Shown piece by piece: positions 37,864-47,509 of a DNA stretch of 64,000 bases. The first letter of the stretch is position 1. Each line of letters begins with the position of its first letter. The DNA is from Verrucomicrobia bacterium SCGC AAA164-E04 (GTDB lineage Bacteria; Verrucomicrobiota; Verrucomicrobiia; Limisphaerales; AAA164-E04). Both the position numbers and the translations under genes were made by a program. Location: contig KB912045.1 in assembly GCA_000383715.1 (NCBI GenBank), positions 14,801 to 78,800 on the forward strand, read 5' to 3'. The notes beneath the pieces are model-generated. The model saw only the letters and a program-made list of their open reading frames with translations. It was not told the DNA's origin and did not search any database.

Positions 37864-37877
37864 TTGAATTCATTCAA
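37864..37877. promoter_or_regulatory. 14-bp inverted repeat TTGAAT-TC-ATTCAA upstream of the sugar ABC operon (possible operator)
   Basis: Perfect 6-bp arms, about 85 nt upstream of ATG 37959. Followed by TTGAGA-N17-TATTTT promoter-like hexamers. AATTCATT is also directly repeated at 37868-37885. Confidence 0.3.
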
Positions 37878-37958
37878 ATTCATTGAGATTTACCCTGACA
37901 CTGTGTATTTTATAGATTACCCAAATGTTGAGTAACGTTTAACACCAAGTTCAAGACA

Positions 37959-38969
37959 ATGAAGATTTTCAAATCAATGACGCAAGCAAGCGCAGTTATT
38001 TTGAGCTGCTCAACACTTCTGCTAATGACAAGTGGCTGTGACAACACATCACAAACTGCCGGATCAAATAACGCCGAAACAACTGAACCCTCGAAAAATA
38101 AGGGTACTATAGGTGTCTCATTGCTTACACTCAAAAATCCATTTTTCAAAGTCATCGGAGACAACATCACAGCGGAGGCTGCAAAGCAAGGCTACAAAAC
38201 AATAGTCCTCAGCGCAGATGAGGATGTTGCCAAGCAATCCAATCAGGTGACTGACTTTATCGTCAGCAAGGTTTCCGCGATCGTCCTCAGCCCTTGCGAA
38301 TCCAGATCCATCGTTCCTGTGATCCAGGAAGCAAATGCGGCTGGGATTCCAGTGATTACGGTAGATATTCCCTGCAACGAACCCGGTGTTGATATCCTTA
38401 CTCAGGTGGCCACCGATAATTACGGTGGAGGAAAAGAAGCTGGCAAAGCCATGATCGAAGCCCTCGGTGAAGCCGGGGGAAAAGTAGCCATTCTGCATTA
38501 CCGACAAGCAGAATCCTGCCGATTACGTGTCAAGGGATTCAAAGAAGTCATTGAAGCACACAATGTGTCTGCAAGTGCAAGAATTGATATGGTCATGGAA
38601 CTGGAAAGCGGTGCGGCCAAAGATTTGGGTTACAAGGCTGCCGAAGATGCACTTCAGGCACATGGTGATCTCAGGGGTGTTTTTGCCATCAATGATCCTG
38701 CTGCGTTAGGCGCTCGCGCAGCCCTCGAAAAAGCAGGCAAACAGGATCAGGTGCTGATCGTTGGGTTCGACGGACAACCGGAGGGCAAACAAGCGATCAA
38801 GGATGGCAAAATCTTTGCTGATCCGATTCAGTTTCCAGATAAAATGGGAATCGAAGTGGTCAAATCCATCGTGGCTCATTCCAAAGGTGAAGATGTCGAG
38901 CCCGAACAGTTGATTCCTACCAGCCTTTACCGGCAGGAAGACGGACTCAAGGACAGCAGCCTCCAATGA
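37959..38969 (+). CDS. sugar ABC transporter substrate-binding lipoprotein (ribose-binding-protein / PBP type I family)
   Basis: Lipobox LLLMTSGC. GVSLLTLKNPFF, IVLSPCES, AGIPVITVD, IVGFDG and the overall RbsB-like layout. Confidence 0.85.
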   Translation: MKIFKSMTQASAVILSCSTLLLMTSGCDNTSQTAGSNNAETTEPSKNKGTIGVSLLTLKNPFFKVIGDNITAEAAKQGYKTIVLSADEDVAKQSNQVTDFIVSKVSAIVLSPCESRSIVPVIQEANAAGIPVITVDIPCNEPGVDILTQVATDNYGGGKEAGKAMIEALGEAGGKVAILHYRQAESCRLRVKGFKEVIEAHNVSASARIDMVMELESGAAKDLGYKAAEDALQAHGDLRGVFAINDPAALGARAALEKAGKQDQVLIVGFDGQPEGKQAIKDGKIFADPIQFPDKMGIEVVKSIVAHSKGEDVEPEQLIPTSLYRQEDGLKDSSLQ

Positions 38970-39000
38970 CCCTCGAGAATCTATTAAGGCACCTCTTTAT

Positions 39001-39861
39001 ATGAGCAAGCAAACACCCGATTTCCTGCCGAGTTTGGTTGGATCCATGTCTCAGGGAGCGAAAGGGAATCCGACTGTCGCAATGATCGAGGCTGCGTTTT
39101 GTCATCATTCCCTTCACTACCGCTACATCAATATGGAAGTCACACCTGACAACCTTGCTGATGCAGTCAAGGGAGCCCATGCCATGGGTTTTAAGGGGTT
39201 CAACTGCTCGCTACCCCATAAGGTTTCCGTCATCCCTCATCTGGATGCAATCGGTCAATCTGCCGATATCATGGGAGCCGTAAACTGTGTAGTTAAACGC
39301 AACAATCAGTTCATCGGTGAAAACACAGACGGAAAAGGGTTTCTGAAATCGCTGCAATCAGTCATCGAACCCGAAGGCAAGCATGTAGTCATATTGGGCG
39401 CCGGAGGAGCAGCCCGTGCCATCGCCGTGGAACTGGGCTTGGCCCGTGCTGGCAAAATCACCATCGTCAACCGCAGTCCGCAGCGAGGCCATGATTTGAG
39501 CCAGCTTTTGACAAACAAATTAAACATCTCCACCGATTGTATCTCCTGGGACAAAACATTGGATATACCCGAGGACACGGATGTGTTGGTAAATGCGACA
39601 TCCATTGGCCTTTACGATGATAATGCGCAGATCGATATAAACCTCGAATCACTCAAGGACACGACTGTTGTCGCCGATGTAATTTTCAGCCCCCCCGAAA
39701 CCTGGCTCATGCGTAAGGCGCGACATCGAGGGTGCCAGACCCTGGACGGCTTGGGTATGATCGTGAACCAGGGAATTACCAGCGTCGAATACTGGACAGG
39801 ATTGCGTCCGGATGCCTCCGTGATGCGAACAGCTGTAGAAAAAGCATTGAACCTTGCATAA
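39001..39861 (+). CDS. shikimate/quinate 5-dehydrogenase family oxidoreductase
   Basis: [11 protein letters not shown] (catalytic Lys), [15 protein letters not shown] (catalytic Asp), [18 protein letters not shown] do not call it aroE because it sits inside a sugar-transport operon. Confidence 0.85.
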   Translation: MSKQTPDFLPSLVGSMSQGAKGNPTVAMIEAAFCHHSLHYRYINMEVTPDNLADAVKGAHAMGFKGFNCSLPHKVSVIPHLDAIGQSADIMGAVNCVVKRNNQFIGENTDGKGFLKSLQSVIEPEGKHVVILGAGGAARAIAVELGLARAGKITIVNRSPQRGHDLSQLLTNKLNISTDCISWDKTLDIPEDTDVLVNATSIGLYDDNAQIDINLESLKDTTVVADVIFSPPETWLMRKARHRGCQTLDGLGMIVNQGITSVEYWTGLRPDASVMRTAVEKALNLA

Positions 39862-39881
39862 CGACTCCAACAAATAACTTT

Positions 39882-41120
39882 ATGAAACTCATACTCATCA
39901 GTTTGCTCATGGCTTCCTCGCTGATCCATGCGCAGGACAAAGCCCCCCTTGTGATCACGTTGACCAGTGTTGATAAGAACATTCATCTTGATTCCTGGCA
40001 AATCAGTGGATCAGTGGTCACTCCTGAAAAACCAGATTGGAGCATCACCAAAAAGACGCTTCACGGAGGAAAGCAGGAAGGGGTTGATTTAATCACCGTT
40101 GATAACGGTAAACTCTCTTTTTCGGTCATACCTACAAGGGGAATGAGTTTATTGAATGCCCGCATGGACGACATCCATCTTGGGTGGGATTCACCAGTCA
40201 AGGAAGTGGTTCATCCAAAATACATTCGTCTGGAAGACCGAGGTGGCTTGGGTTGGCTGGAAGGTTTCAATGAATGGATGGTTCGCTGTGGATTGGAAAG
40301 CACCGGCCATCCCGGCACCGATAGTTTCATCAACAATGTGGGGGATGAAGCCACCATGGATCTGACGCTGCATGGCAAAATTGGGAATATCCCGGCCAGC
40401 GAAGTAGAGGTTATCATTGAGCGTGTGCCCCCATACCGTATACGAATTCGCGGGCGTGTTGACGAAAGAATGTTTTACGGTCCGAAACTGGAAATTCAAA
40501 CTGAGGTGTCCACCACCCCTGGCAGCGCATCTGTCCGCATATCCGATACCATTACCAACCGAGGGGATGACCCTCAGGAATTTCAAATCCTTTATCACGC
40601 AAACTATGGCCCTCCTCTCCTTGAAGAAGGCGCTCAATTCGTAGGCCCAGTCAAAAAAGTAATTCCATTCAACGAGCATGCCGCAGAATCCATTGACAGT
40701 TATTCCATTTACAAGGGGCCGACTCCTGGATTTACGGAACAAGTCTATTGCATGACACCATTGGCTGGTTACGACGGTCGAACGATCATCGGACTCGTTA
40801 ACCGCTCTAAAAACAAGGGTATTTCCATGAAGTTTTCAATCCAACAGTTACCCTTTATTACGCTTTGGAAAAACACTAACTCTGAGGGTGAAGGTTACGT
40901 GACGGGTTTGGAACCTGGCACTAATTTCCCTAATAACAGGCGTATCGAACGTAAATTTGGCAGGGTCCCAAAACTTGATTCAGGCCAAAGCCACCATGCA
41001 GAGATTGATTTCACCATATTGAAAGGAAATAAGGCCGTTGGGGGATTGATCGATCAAATACAAAAAATTCAGAAACGAGCACAACCGGTTATTGAAAACG
41101 AACCCGAGAATAAGGACTGA
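39882..41120 (+). CDS. exported aldose-1-epimerase-like protein (galactose-mutarotase fold, DUF4432-type)
   Basis: I prefer ATG 39882 ([18 protein letters not shown], a signal peptide) over the track start 39732, which would overlap the upstream gene. [12 protein letters not shown] and LEPGTNFPN blocks. The family call is from memory of the pattern. Confidence 0.55.
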   Translation: MKLILISLLMASSLIHAQDKAPLVITLTSVDKNIHLDSWQISGSVVTPEKPDWSITKKTLHGGKQEGVDLITVDNGKLSFSVIPTRGMSLLNARMDDIHLGWDSPVKEVVHPKYIRLEDRGGLGWLEGFNEWMVRCGLESTGHPGTDSFINNVGDEATMDLTLHGKIGNIPASEVEVIIERVPPYRIRIRGRVDERMFYGPKLEIQTEVSTTPGSASVRISDTITNRGDDPQEFQILYHANYGPPLLEEGAQFVGPVKKVIPFNEHAAESIDSYSIYKGPTPGFTEQVYCMTPLAGYDGRTIIGLVNRSKNKGISMKFSIQQLPFITLWKNTNSEGEGYVTGLEPGTNFPNNRRIERKFGRVPKLDSGQSHHAEIDFTILKGNKAVGGLIDQIQKIQKRAQPVIENEPENKD

Positions 41121-41150
41121 TTCATATATTGAATTCAAAGCTTTCTTAGT

Positions 41151-42635
41151 ATGCCTCCTCCCCTATTGCAGATGTCGGGAATCGAGAAACGATTCCCCGG
41201 GGTACATGCTCTCAAAGGAGTCAACCTCACGCTTCAGAAAGGTGAAGTACTTGCATTGATGGGGGAAAACGGAGCTGGGAAAAGTACTTTGATGAAGGTC
41301 CTCGGGGGCGCGCACTTACCTGACCAAGGCACCATCCAACTGGAGGGTGAAAATGTCACTATAGAATCGCCGGTCAAAGCCCGCGCACTGGGGGTTTCCA
41401 TGATTTATCAGGAGTTTAATTTGATACCGGCGCTGTCGGCCATTGAAAATGTATTTCTCGGACAGGAGATCACCCAAAATGGACTCATTCGCCATGGAGA
41501 GGAAAAAGATCAGACACTTGCTCTTCTCTCTCAGTTAGGAATGGACTTTGACCCTGAGTTACCATGTCGTCAGTTAACGATTGCGCAGCAACAGTCAATT
41601 GAAATCGCACGGGCCTTGTCATTGAATTCAAAAATACTCGTGCTGGACGAACCTTCGGCCGTGCTCACGCTTCACGAGGTAGAAAAACTCTTTGAGATCA
41701 TACATAAGCTCAAACAACAAGGGTTAGGCCTTATCTATATCGGCCACCGTCTTGATGAAATTTTTAGGATTGCCGATCGCACCCAGGTGATGAGAGATGG
41801 AGCTTGTATTGCTGACAAAGACCTTGCGGATTGCACACGACAATCGCTAATCGAAATGATGGTAGGCAGGGAACTTAAAAACGAATTCCCGTTAAAAAGC
41901 CCAAGTATAGGCAAAACAAAACTCAAAATCAGGAATATGACTCGAGGGAAAGCCGTTCAGAATATATCCCTCAAAGTCAGGAGCGGAGAGATACTTGGCT
42001 TGGCTGGTTTAGTAGGAGCAGGGCGCACAGAACTGGCTCGATTGATCTTCGGGGCCGATCCACGTGATGCTGGTGAAATTCAACTTGATGGTAAAACGCT
42101 AAGCGTTTGTAGTCCTCGCGAAGCGATCGCTGCAGGTATTGGATTACTGACTGAAGACAGGAAGCTTCAAGGCCTTGTTCTCTCCCATTCGGTCAAAGAC
42201 AATTTCGGGCTTCCGAACCTGAATCGGTTTGCTCCCGCAGGATTTGTCAAAACTTCGATTGAGCGCAGGGAGTTTCAGGATTATGTGACAACCATGCGAG
42301 TCAAGATTTCAAATGAAAACCAGAAAGCAAATCAGCTTTCAGGGGGAAACCAGCAAAAACTGGTCATCGCCAAATGGCTGGCGAGACACTGTGAAGTTTT
42401 GATTTTCGACGAACCAACTCGAGGCATTGACGTCGGTGCGAAATACGAAATCTACCAACTGATGAATGATCTCGCTGCAAAGGGGAAAGCCATTATTATG
42501 ATCAGTTCTGAACTTCCTGAAATCCTGGGAATGGCAGACCGCATCCTCGTCATGCATGAAGGTAGAATCACAGGGGAAATTGAGGATGTAACATCCGCTA
42601 CTCAAGAGGAAATCATGCATTTCGCGGTCGCCTAG
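41151..42635 (+). CDS. sugar ABC transporter ATP-binding protein, duplicated ATPase (RbsA/MglA type)
   Basis: Two cassettes: GENGAGKSTLMK / LVLDEPS, and LSGGNQQK / LIFDEPTRGIDVG. Confidence 0.95.
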   Translation: MPPPLLQMSGIEKRFPGVHALKGVNLTLQKGEVLALMGENGAGKSTLMKVLGGAHLPDQGTIQLEGENVTIESPVKARALGVSMIYQEFNLIPALSAIENVFLGQEITQNGLIRHGEEKDQTLALLSQLGMDFDPELPCRQLTIAQQQSIEIARALSLNSKILVLDEPSAVLTLHEVEKLFEIIHKLKQQGLGLIYIGHRLDEIFRIADRTQVMRDGACIADKDLADCTRQSLIEMMVGRELKNEFPLKSPSIGKTKLKIRNMTRGKAVQNISLKVRSGEILGLAGLVGAGRTELARLIFGADPRDAGEIQLDGKTLSVCSPREAIAAGIGLLTEDRKLQGLVLSHSVKDNFGLPNLNRFAPAGFVKTSIERREFQDYVTTMRVKISNENQKANQLSGGNQQKLVIAKWLARHCEVLIFDEPTRGIDVGAKYEIYQLMNDLAAKGKAIIMISSELPEILGMADRILVMHEGRITGEIEDVTSATQEEIMHFAVA

Positions 42636-42666
42636 AGGGAAACGTTATTCCCAGGAGTATTCACAA

Positions 42667-44013
42667 ATGCCTAAATCAAAAAAACAACACCTTACCCACC
42701 TTCTGACTGAATATGGAATGATTCTGGTTCTCATTCTTCTTGGCATATTTTTCAGCCTAGTCACTCTGACAGAACAACGACCGAGCGGGAAAAAGGCAGG
42801 CCTTCAGATTGCCAGCATCGTAAAAAAACGTTTCGACAAAGATGCACACATCCTTATCGCATCACGAAACCTGGCCATAGATAAGAACTTTTATGACGCG
42901 CTCAGCGGGTCTTTAACAAGCGCAGGCTTCAAACATTTACATTCCGTACAAGGCACCCCCAGGGATGCTCGAGCCAAATTGATTGAACTTGAAAATCAAA
43001 AGATCAAACTACAGGTTATCCTCGGCAACCAGACGACTGCGGATTGGTTGGTATTTGAAGATATAAAGTTGAATTTCCCTCAATTGGGGGCACCGACACG
43101 AATCGGACCAAGCCCATACAAATGGCCCAATTTTCTTAAAAAGGACAACCTCCTCAATATCACCAATCAGATCGCTGTTATTGCCATTATCGCCGTTGGC
43201 ATGACCGTAGTTATTATCTGCGGAGGGATCGATTTGTCGGTGGGCAGCTTGATCGCTTTCTCCGCCGTTCTTTGCTGCCTGTTCATTCAAAACACAGCCG
43301 GAGGATTAGATGCGAATGCAGGAGGAATGATATTGGCGTGTATCGCCGCCATCATCATCACGGGACTCGTTGGATCATTTACCGGCAGCATGATCACCGC
43401 ATTTTCCATTCCACCGTTTATCGTAACATTGGGAGTCATGATGATGGCAAGTGGTACGGCTTATCTCATGTCAGGTGGAGAATCAGTTTATCGCGTACCT
43501 GATTCATTTGTTTGGTTGGGTAGGGAGGCGAGTTTGTTTGGAATACCCAACGCCGTCTTCTTGATGATGCTCCTTTACTCCATTGCTCATATCATGATGT
43601 CACGGACACAATTGGGACGTTATATTTACGCAGTAGGAGGCAATGCTGAAGCAGCGCGTCTTGCGGGAGTTCCTGTAAAATGGATCCAGTTATTTGCCTA
43701 CACTCTCTCAGGACTGCTTGCTGGCCTCGGAGGAGTCGTAATGGCTTCACAGCTGAAAAGCGGCGCCCCAACCTACGGTCAAATGTATGAGCTGTATGTG
43801 ATTGCCGCTGTGGTTGTCGGTGGCACAAGTCTTTCGGGAGGCGAAGGTAAAATCTTCGGTACCCTGATTGGAGCTTTCATCATCGCTGTCATCCAGAATG
43901 GCATGAACCTGATGAACATTGAAAGTTACACTCAAAAGGTAATTCTGGGCATGGTGATCCTCATTGCCGTACTCCTTGACAAACTCAAACAAAAGAAATT
44001 CCAGACCTCTTGA
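42667..44013 (+). CDS. sugar ABC transporter permease (RbsC/AraH family) with about 120-aa insertion after TM1
   Basis: C-terminal roughly 310 aa are canonical (GGIDLSVGS, YAVGGNAEAARLAGV, GGTSLSGGEGK). The N-terminal TM is followed by a non-hydrophobic segment (res about 40-160) that typical RbsC proteins lack. Confidence 0.9.
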   Translation: MPKSKKQHLTHLLTEYGMILVLILLGIFFSLVTLTEQRPSGKKAGLQIASIVKKRFDKDAHILIASRNLAIDKNFYDALSGSLTSAGFKHLHSVQGTPRDARAKLIELENQKIKLQVILGNQTTADWLVFEDIKLNFPQLGAPTRIGPSPYKWPNFLKKDNLLNITNQIAVIAIIAVGMTVVIICGGIDLSVGSLIAFSAVLCCLFIQNTAGGLDANAGGMILACIAAIIITGLVGSFTGSMITAFSIPPFIVTLGVMMMASGTAYLMSGGESVYRVPDSFVWLGREASLFGIPNAVFLMMLLYSIAHIMMSRTQLGRYIYAVGGNAEAARLAGVPVKWIQLFAYTLSGLLAGLGGVVMASQLKSGAPTYGQMYELYVIAAVVVGGTSLSGGEGKIFGTLIGAFIIAVIQNGMNLMNIESYTQKVILGMVILIAVLLDKLKQKKFQTS

Positions 44014-44029
44014 TCGATTCAAAAACCAA

Positions 44030-44782
44030 TCAATCAAGATTCAATGGTCGGACAATAATATTTCGATAAGCTACTGGACCGTGATCACCTTGCAGCATGA
44101 TAGGCCCTAACGGTTGTTCATCATCGAAACTTGCCGAGCGTGTTGGACCATTCAAAGAAACGTTATGGTGAACTGGGACTCCATTATGAACGACTTTAAG
44201 AAAACGCGCATTTTCGATTTTTTCGCCTGATTCATTGAACCTGGGTGCTCGAAAAACGATATCAAACGATTGCCATTCGCCGGGAGGTAGGGATGCGTTG
44301 ATTTTCGGCGCATGCCCTTCGAGTCCACGCCCGTTGACCCATCGTTGATAAATCCCCCCACAATCACCATGACCAATGTCGGTTTTCCCCCAACTGTCAA
44401 GCACCTGTACTTCATACCGCCCCTGTAGATAAACGCCAGAATTCGATCCCTCTGGAACGGTGAATTCAACATGTAAAGATACATCGCCGTGTTGTGCATG
44501 TGAAAGAAGGTTCACAGTTTGAGCGTCGGGGTGATTGACGAAAATACCCCTTCCCTTTTCAACTTTAAAAGCCGAACTATCCCCATCGCGTAATTGAATA
44601 ACGCCCACTTCCTTCCAATCACCAATCGGCTGGCGCCACTGGTGTACGCTTTCAGTCAGTTTAAAAAAAGTCACTTCATTGGAAGCTGATTTTTGGGATG
44701 TCTGGCAACCAGTGGTAGCCCACAAGACGGCGCTGCATCCGGTGATGCAGGTAAAGAACCATTTTTTGAATGATAATTTCAT
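44030..44782 (-). CDS. DUF1080 / 3-keto-disaccharide hydrolase domain lipoprotein
   Basis: Lipobox WATTGC. GDVSLHVEFTVPEGSNSGVYLQGRYEVQVLDSWG, PGEWQSFDIVFRAPRF, IMLQGDHGPVAYRNI. Confidence 0.8.
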   Translation of the reverse strand: MKLSFKKWFFTCITGCSAVLWATTGCQTSQKSASNEVTFFKLTESVHQWRQPIGDWKEVGVIQLRDGDSSAFKVEKGRGIFVNHPDAQTVNLLSHAQHGDVSLHVEFTVPEGSNSGVYLQGRYEVQVLDSWGKTDIGHGDCGGIYQRWVNGRGLEGHAPKINASLPPGEWQSFDIVFRAPRFNESGEKIENARFLKVVHNGVPVHHNVSLNGPTRSASFDDEQPLGPIMLQGDHGPVAYRNIIVRPLNLD

Positions 44783-44815
44783 GATAATTACTTATTTTTA
44801 TGTTTCCGGAAATAC

Positions 44816-46474
44816 TTAGAACACCTTGGAACAAGGCATGGCATTCCCAAAGACCTCAAAGTTATTGAATTTCCAGACCACCTCTTTGTTGCGTGTGACT
44901 TCTATGATTTGTGGGTTTTCTGCTCCCGCATGACAATTGCCAATCATGAAGTTGCCATTGGGTAACTCTTCAACAGTTGTCACCCATACCAGTTGTATCC
45001 CCGGAAGCTCGTTTTCTTCAATTGACCAGACAGTTTGACCTTCTTTGTTGACTTCCAGCACATTATGGCCGCTACCATTGCCGATGAGCGTGTTCCCGTT
45101 GTCTAAACGAATCGCACCGTAAACCTCGCCACCTGTATGACACTCCCATACCACTTTGCCTTTCATATCGTATTCGCGAACGGCATTATCTGCTTCGTGG
45201 CAAACAAGGTAGTTTCCATTTTTCAATTTGCGTACCATGCGTGTATCCCGGTGTGGTGATCGGTTGTCAACGCGTAATGCGATTTCCCGGTGCATCACAC
45301 CATTGCGATCTACTTCAATAATACGTCCTGGCCCGCTTTCTGCGATCATGGTTAATCCATTTGCCAATCGCTGAAACGCATGCACCTCAACTTTGCGGCC
45401 TTGATTGCCATTTGCGATTGCCGCGTCATAACTCCATACAATCTCCTTGGCTGGTGTCATTTCCAGTATTTTCGTCCAACTGGTTTGAAAGAGAATATTT
45501 CCGTTCGGCAATCGATGCAGATCATGAATGTCTCGAATAGCATGTTCCCATTCCACCTTCCCTTTTTCGTCTACAATCGCTATGCGACCACGCGAATAAT
45601 CACCTGCTAAAATGCGACGACTGGGAATGGTTTTTTCCAATGGAGCCTGATATCCAATGGCAGGTAAACCGTTTGATTCCAATTTACCAACCGCCCAGAG
45701 CAATCCTCGATTGACCATGTCGAGATAAACCGGTGATTGCATGGTTTCGTTGTGATGTCCAAGGGTAGTTGTGAACACACGAGCATTACCCAAATGGTTG
45801 AGCCAGATGCATATATGATCCTTTTGAGTATCTTTACCGAACGCTTTGGCCAAAGGTATGGCGTCTGGCCAGGTCTTTTCAATTTTATAAAGTTCTCCAT
45901 TCGGAGTCTGCCAGACCGGTGGAAAGGTTTTCATGATTGGGTGATTCGGGCGAAGGTTTTTCACTTCAAGCGGCCGATGTCCCTCATGGCTTGTTGATCT
46001 AGCTCCCATCAATGAGCGCCAGGCATCTGTTTCCGCTGCTCGATAACTGTGCAGTGAACAGTGGATAAAAACCGCAGGTGTGCCAGAATTTGTATGGGCT
46101 TCGACGATGGATTCAAGCCATTCAACATCTGTCACTCCCCCGAAACATTCATTGTGAACAACCACATCATATCCATCTATCCAGTCAGGATTGTCATAGA
46201 TGGGAATTTTCACATCACGTGATGTTCCTCCTTGATTCACAAGCGTCCACTCTACATTGGACCGCATGGAAATCCCTTCCGAAAGAATGAGGTTTTGATT
46301 GGGATAATCATGGCAGCAGCCGCCTGAAATCATCAAAGCATGGATCGGTTTGGCGACCATGTTATCTGCTGATAGCGTTTGCCCGAGCGATACACCAAGC
46401 ATGAGCATCACGCTTGCTGCAAAGCGCTCAAAAGCACCTGAAAAACATTTCGATGAGAGAGTATTCATGAGCAT
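44816..46474 (-). CDS. ThuA-like (trehalose-utilisation) domain fused to a C-terminal beta-propeller-like repeat domain
   Basis: I prefer ATG 46474 (MLMNTLSS..., a signal-like start). ThuA blocks ALMISGGCCHDY, YDVVVHNECF, AVFIHCSLHSY. The C-terminal roughly 280 aa have repeated (G/N)G-hydrophobic-W blades (VEWEH, IVWSY, VVWEC, TVWSI, VVWKF). Confidence 0.75.
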   Translation of the reverse strand: MLMNTLSSKCFSGAFERFAASVMLMLGVSLGQTLSADNMVAKPIHALMISGGCCHDYPNQNLILSEGISMRSNVEWTLVNQGGTSRDVKIPIYDNPDWIDGYDVVVHNECFGGVTDVEWLESIVEAHTNSGTPAVFIHCSLHSYRAAETDAWRSLMGARSTSHEGHRPLEVKNLRPNHPIMKTFPPVWQTPNGELYKIEKTWPDAIPLAKAFGKDTQKDHICIWLNHLGNARVFTTTLGHHNETMQSPVYLDMVNRGLLWAVGKLESNGLPAIGYQAPLEKTIPSRRILAGDYSRGRIAIVDEKGKVEWEHAIRDIHDLHRLPNGNILFQTSWTKILEMTPAKEIVWSYDAAIANGNQGRKVEVHAFQRLANGLTMIAESGPGRIIEVDRNGVMHREIALRVDNRSPHRDTRMVRKLKNGNYLVCHEADNAVREYDMKGKVVWECHTGGEVYGAIRLDNGNTLIGNGSGHNVLEVNKEGQTVWSIEENELPGIQLVWVTTVEELPNGNFMIGNCHAGAENPQIIEVTRNKEVVWKFNNFEVFGNAMPCSKVF

Positions 46475-47509
46475 TGAATTGAATAAGAAAAAATCTAAGG
46501 AATTCGCAGCAATTGGAAACTCTTTTCTATTCAATAAAGATGACATGACTTCACTAGCGAAGTCATTTCTGTTGTATCCACTGATCCGGAAAAAACGAAA
46601 AGCGCCGGTAAACCGACGCTTTTCTAACCCAAACAACTAAACCAACGCACATTCGCCAGAATGATGCCACTCATAAGAAAAAACGACATATCCCGACGAA
46701 TCACTATGATCTCAGTGAGAACATGAATAACTACATCAATTGAGACTCAGCATCTCGATGTTTTGTTCAAATGAATTTAAAAACTTCTTGCCCAATAATT
46801 TTAGTTTATTGTAAATCAACATCTTACGAAATGAAAATAAACATCCTTATATTAATAGGAAGCGAACCATTGGGTTCCTTTTTCTCTCTCCCCAGGCTTT
46901 TTGCTATCACCGGCAACCTCAAGCGGCCTTTGATGTTCCGGACGGAAAAAGCTACCTATTCTGTTCAAAACCATGCTGTCCTGATGAGTGAAGGATCCTT
47001 TGGCGGGTTCATCGTCGGGTTCTTGACGCAGGAGCTTCCCTGGCCGCTATTGCAGTCTGGAGGTATAAATCGCTAAAACCCTTTGCCTGTCCCTGTGGGC
47101 TCTACCTTCCGTACATTTGCTGGGTCCCGTTTTGCCTGCGTATCGTATTGCTGGGATACACTGGTCATTAGTTGGAGGATTGAGCGCATTGACATTGACC
47201 GTGACCACTGGTGTCATATTGGTTCATTGCGGTTACTTCGTCATGCTCAAGAATAAAACACTTTGATTTGTCTTTTGGTGATCGCCCTCATATGGATAGG
47301 TAATGTTTCAAGAGCAGGTAGAAATACCTGCCCCAAAATCATGCAATCCCATTATCCCTGGGTGCTGTTGCTTCATGGATCGTGAAAGTGTTATCCAAAG
47401 TAGTGATTTCTGATGAAGAGTAAAAAACAGAGTCGTCATATATCCAAATGATTATTGTCTGAGAAATAATCTCTGCTCTCGCACTTGATTACATCCTAAC
47501 GCTTTATCA

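Noticed and set aside
39732-39881. 5' extensions of track ORFs (39732 for the epimerase-like gene, 50001 for mlaF, 14758 for glnK, 4143 for the anti-sigma, 12129 TTG for the MotA-like gene, 46636 and 48946 for the ThuA and sulfatase genes)
   Set aside because: The extensions overlap upstream genes or precede obvious signal peptides or canonical N-termini. Internal ATGs give family-typical lengths and, in three cases, ATGA translational coupling.
46771-47076. 101-aa ORF in the sulfatase/ThuA spacer, and the 65-aa ORF 33768-33965 in the ggt spacer
   Set aside because: No motif, odd composition, no RBS-like sequence, and orientation opposite to the neighbours. Kept only as part of the spacer findings.
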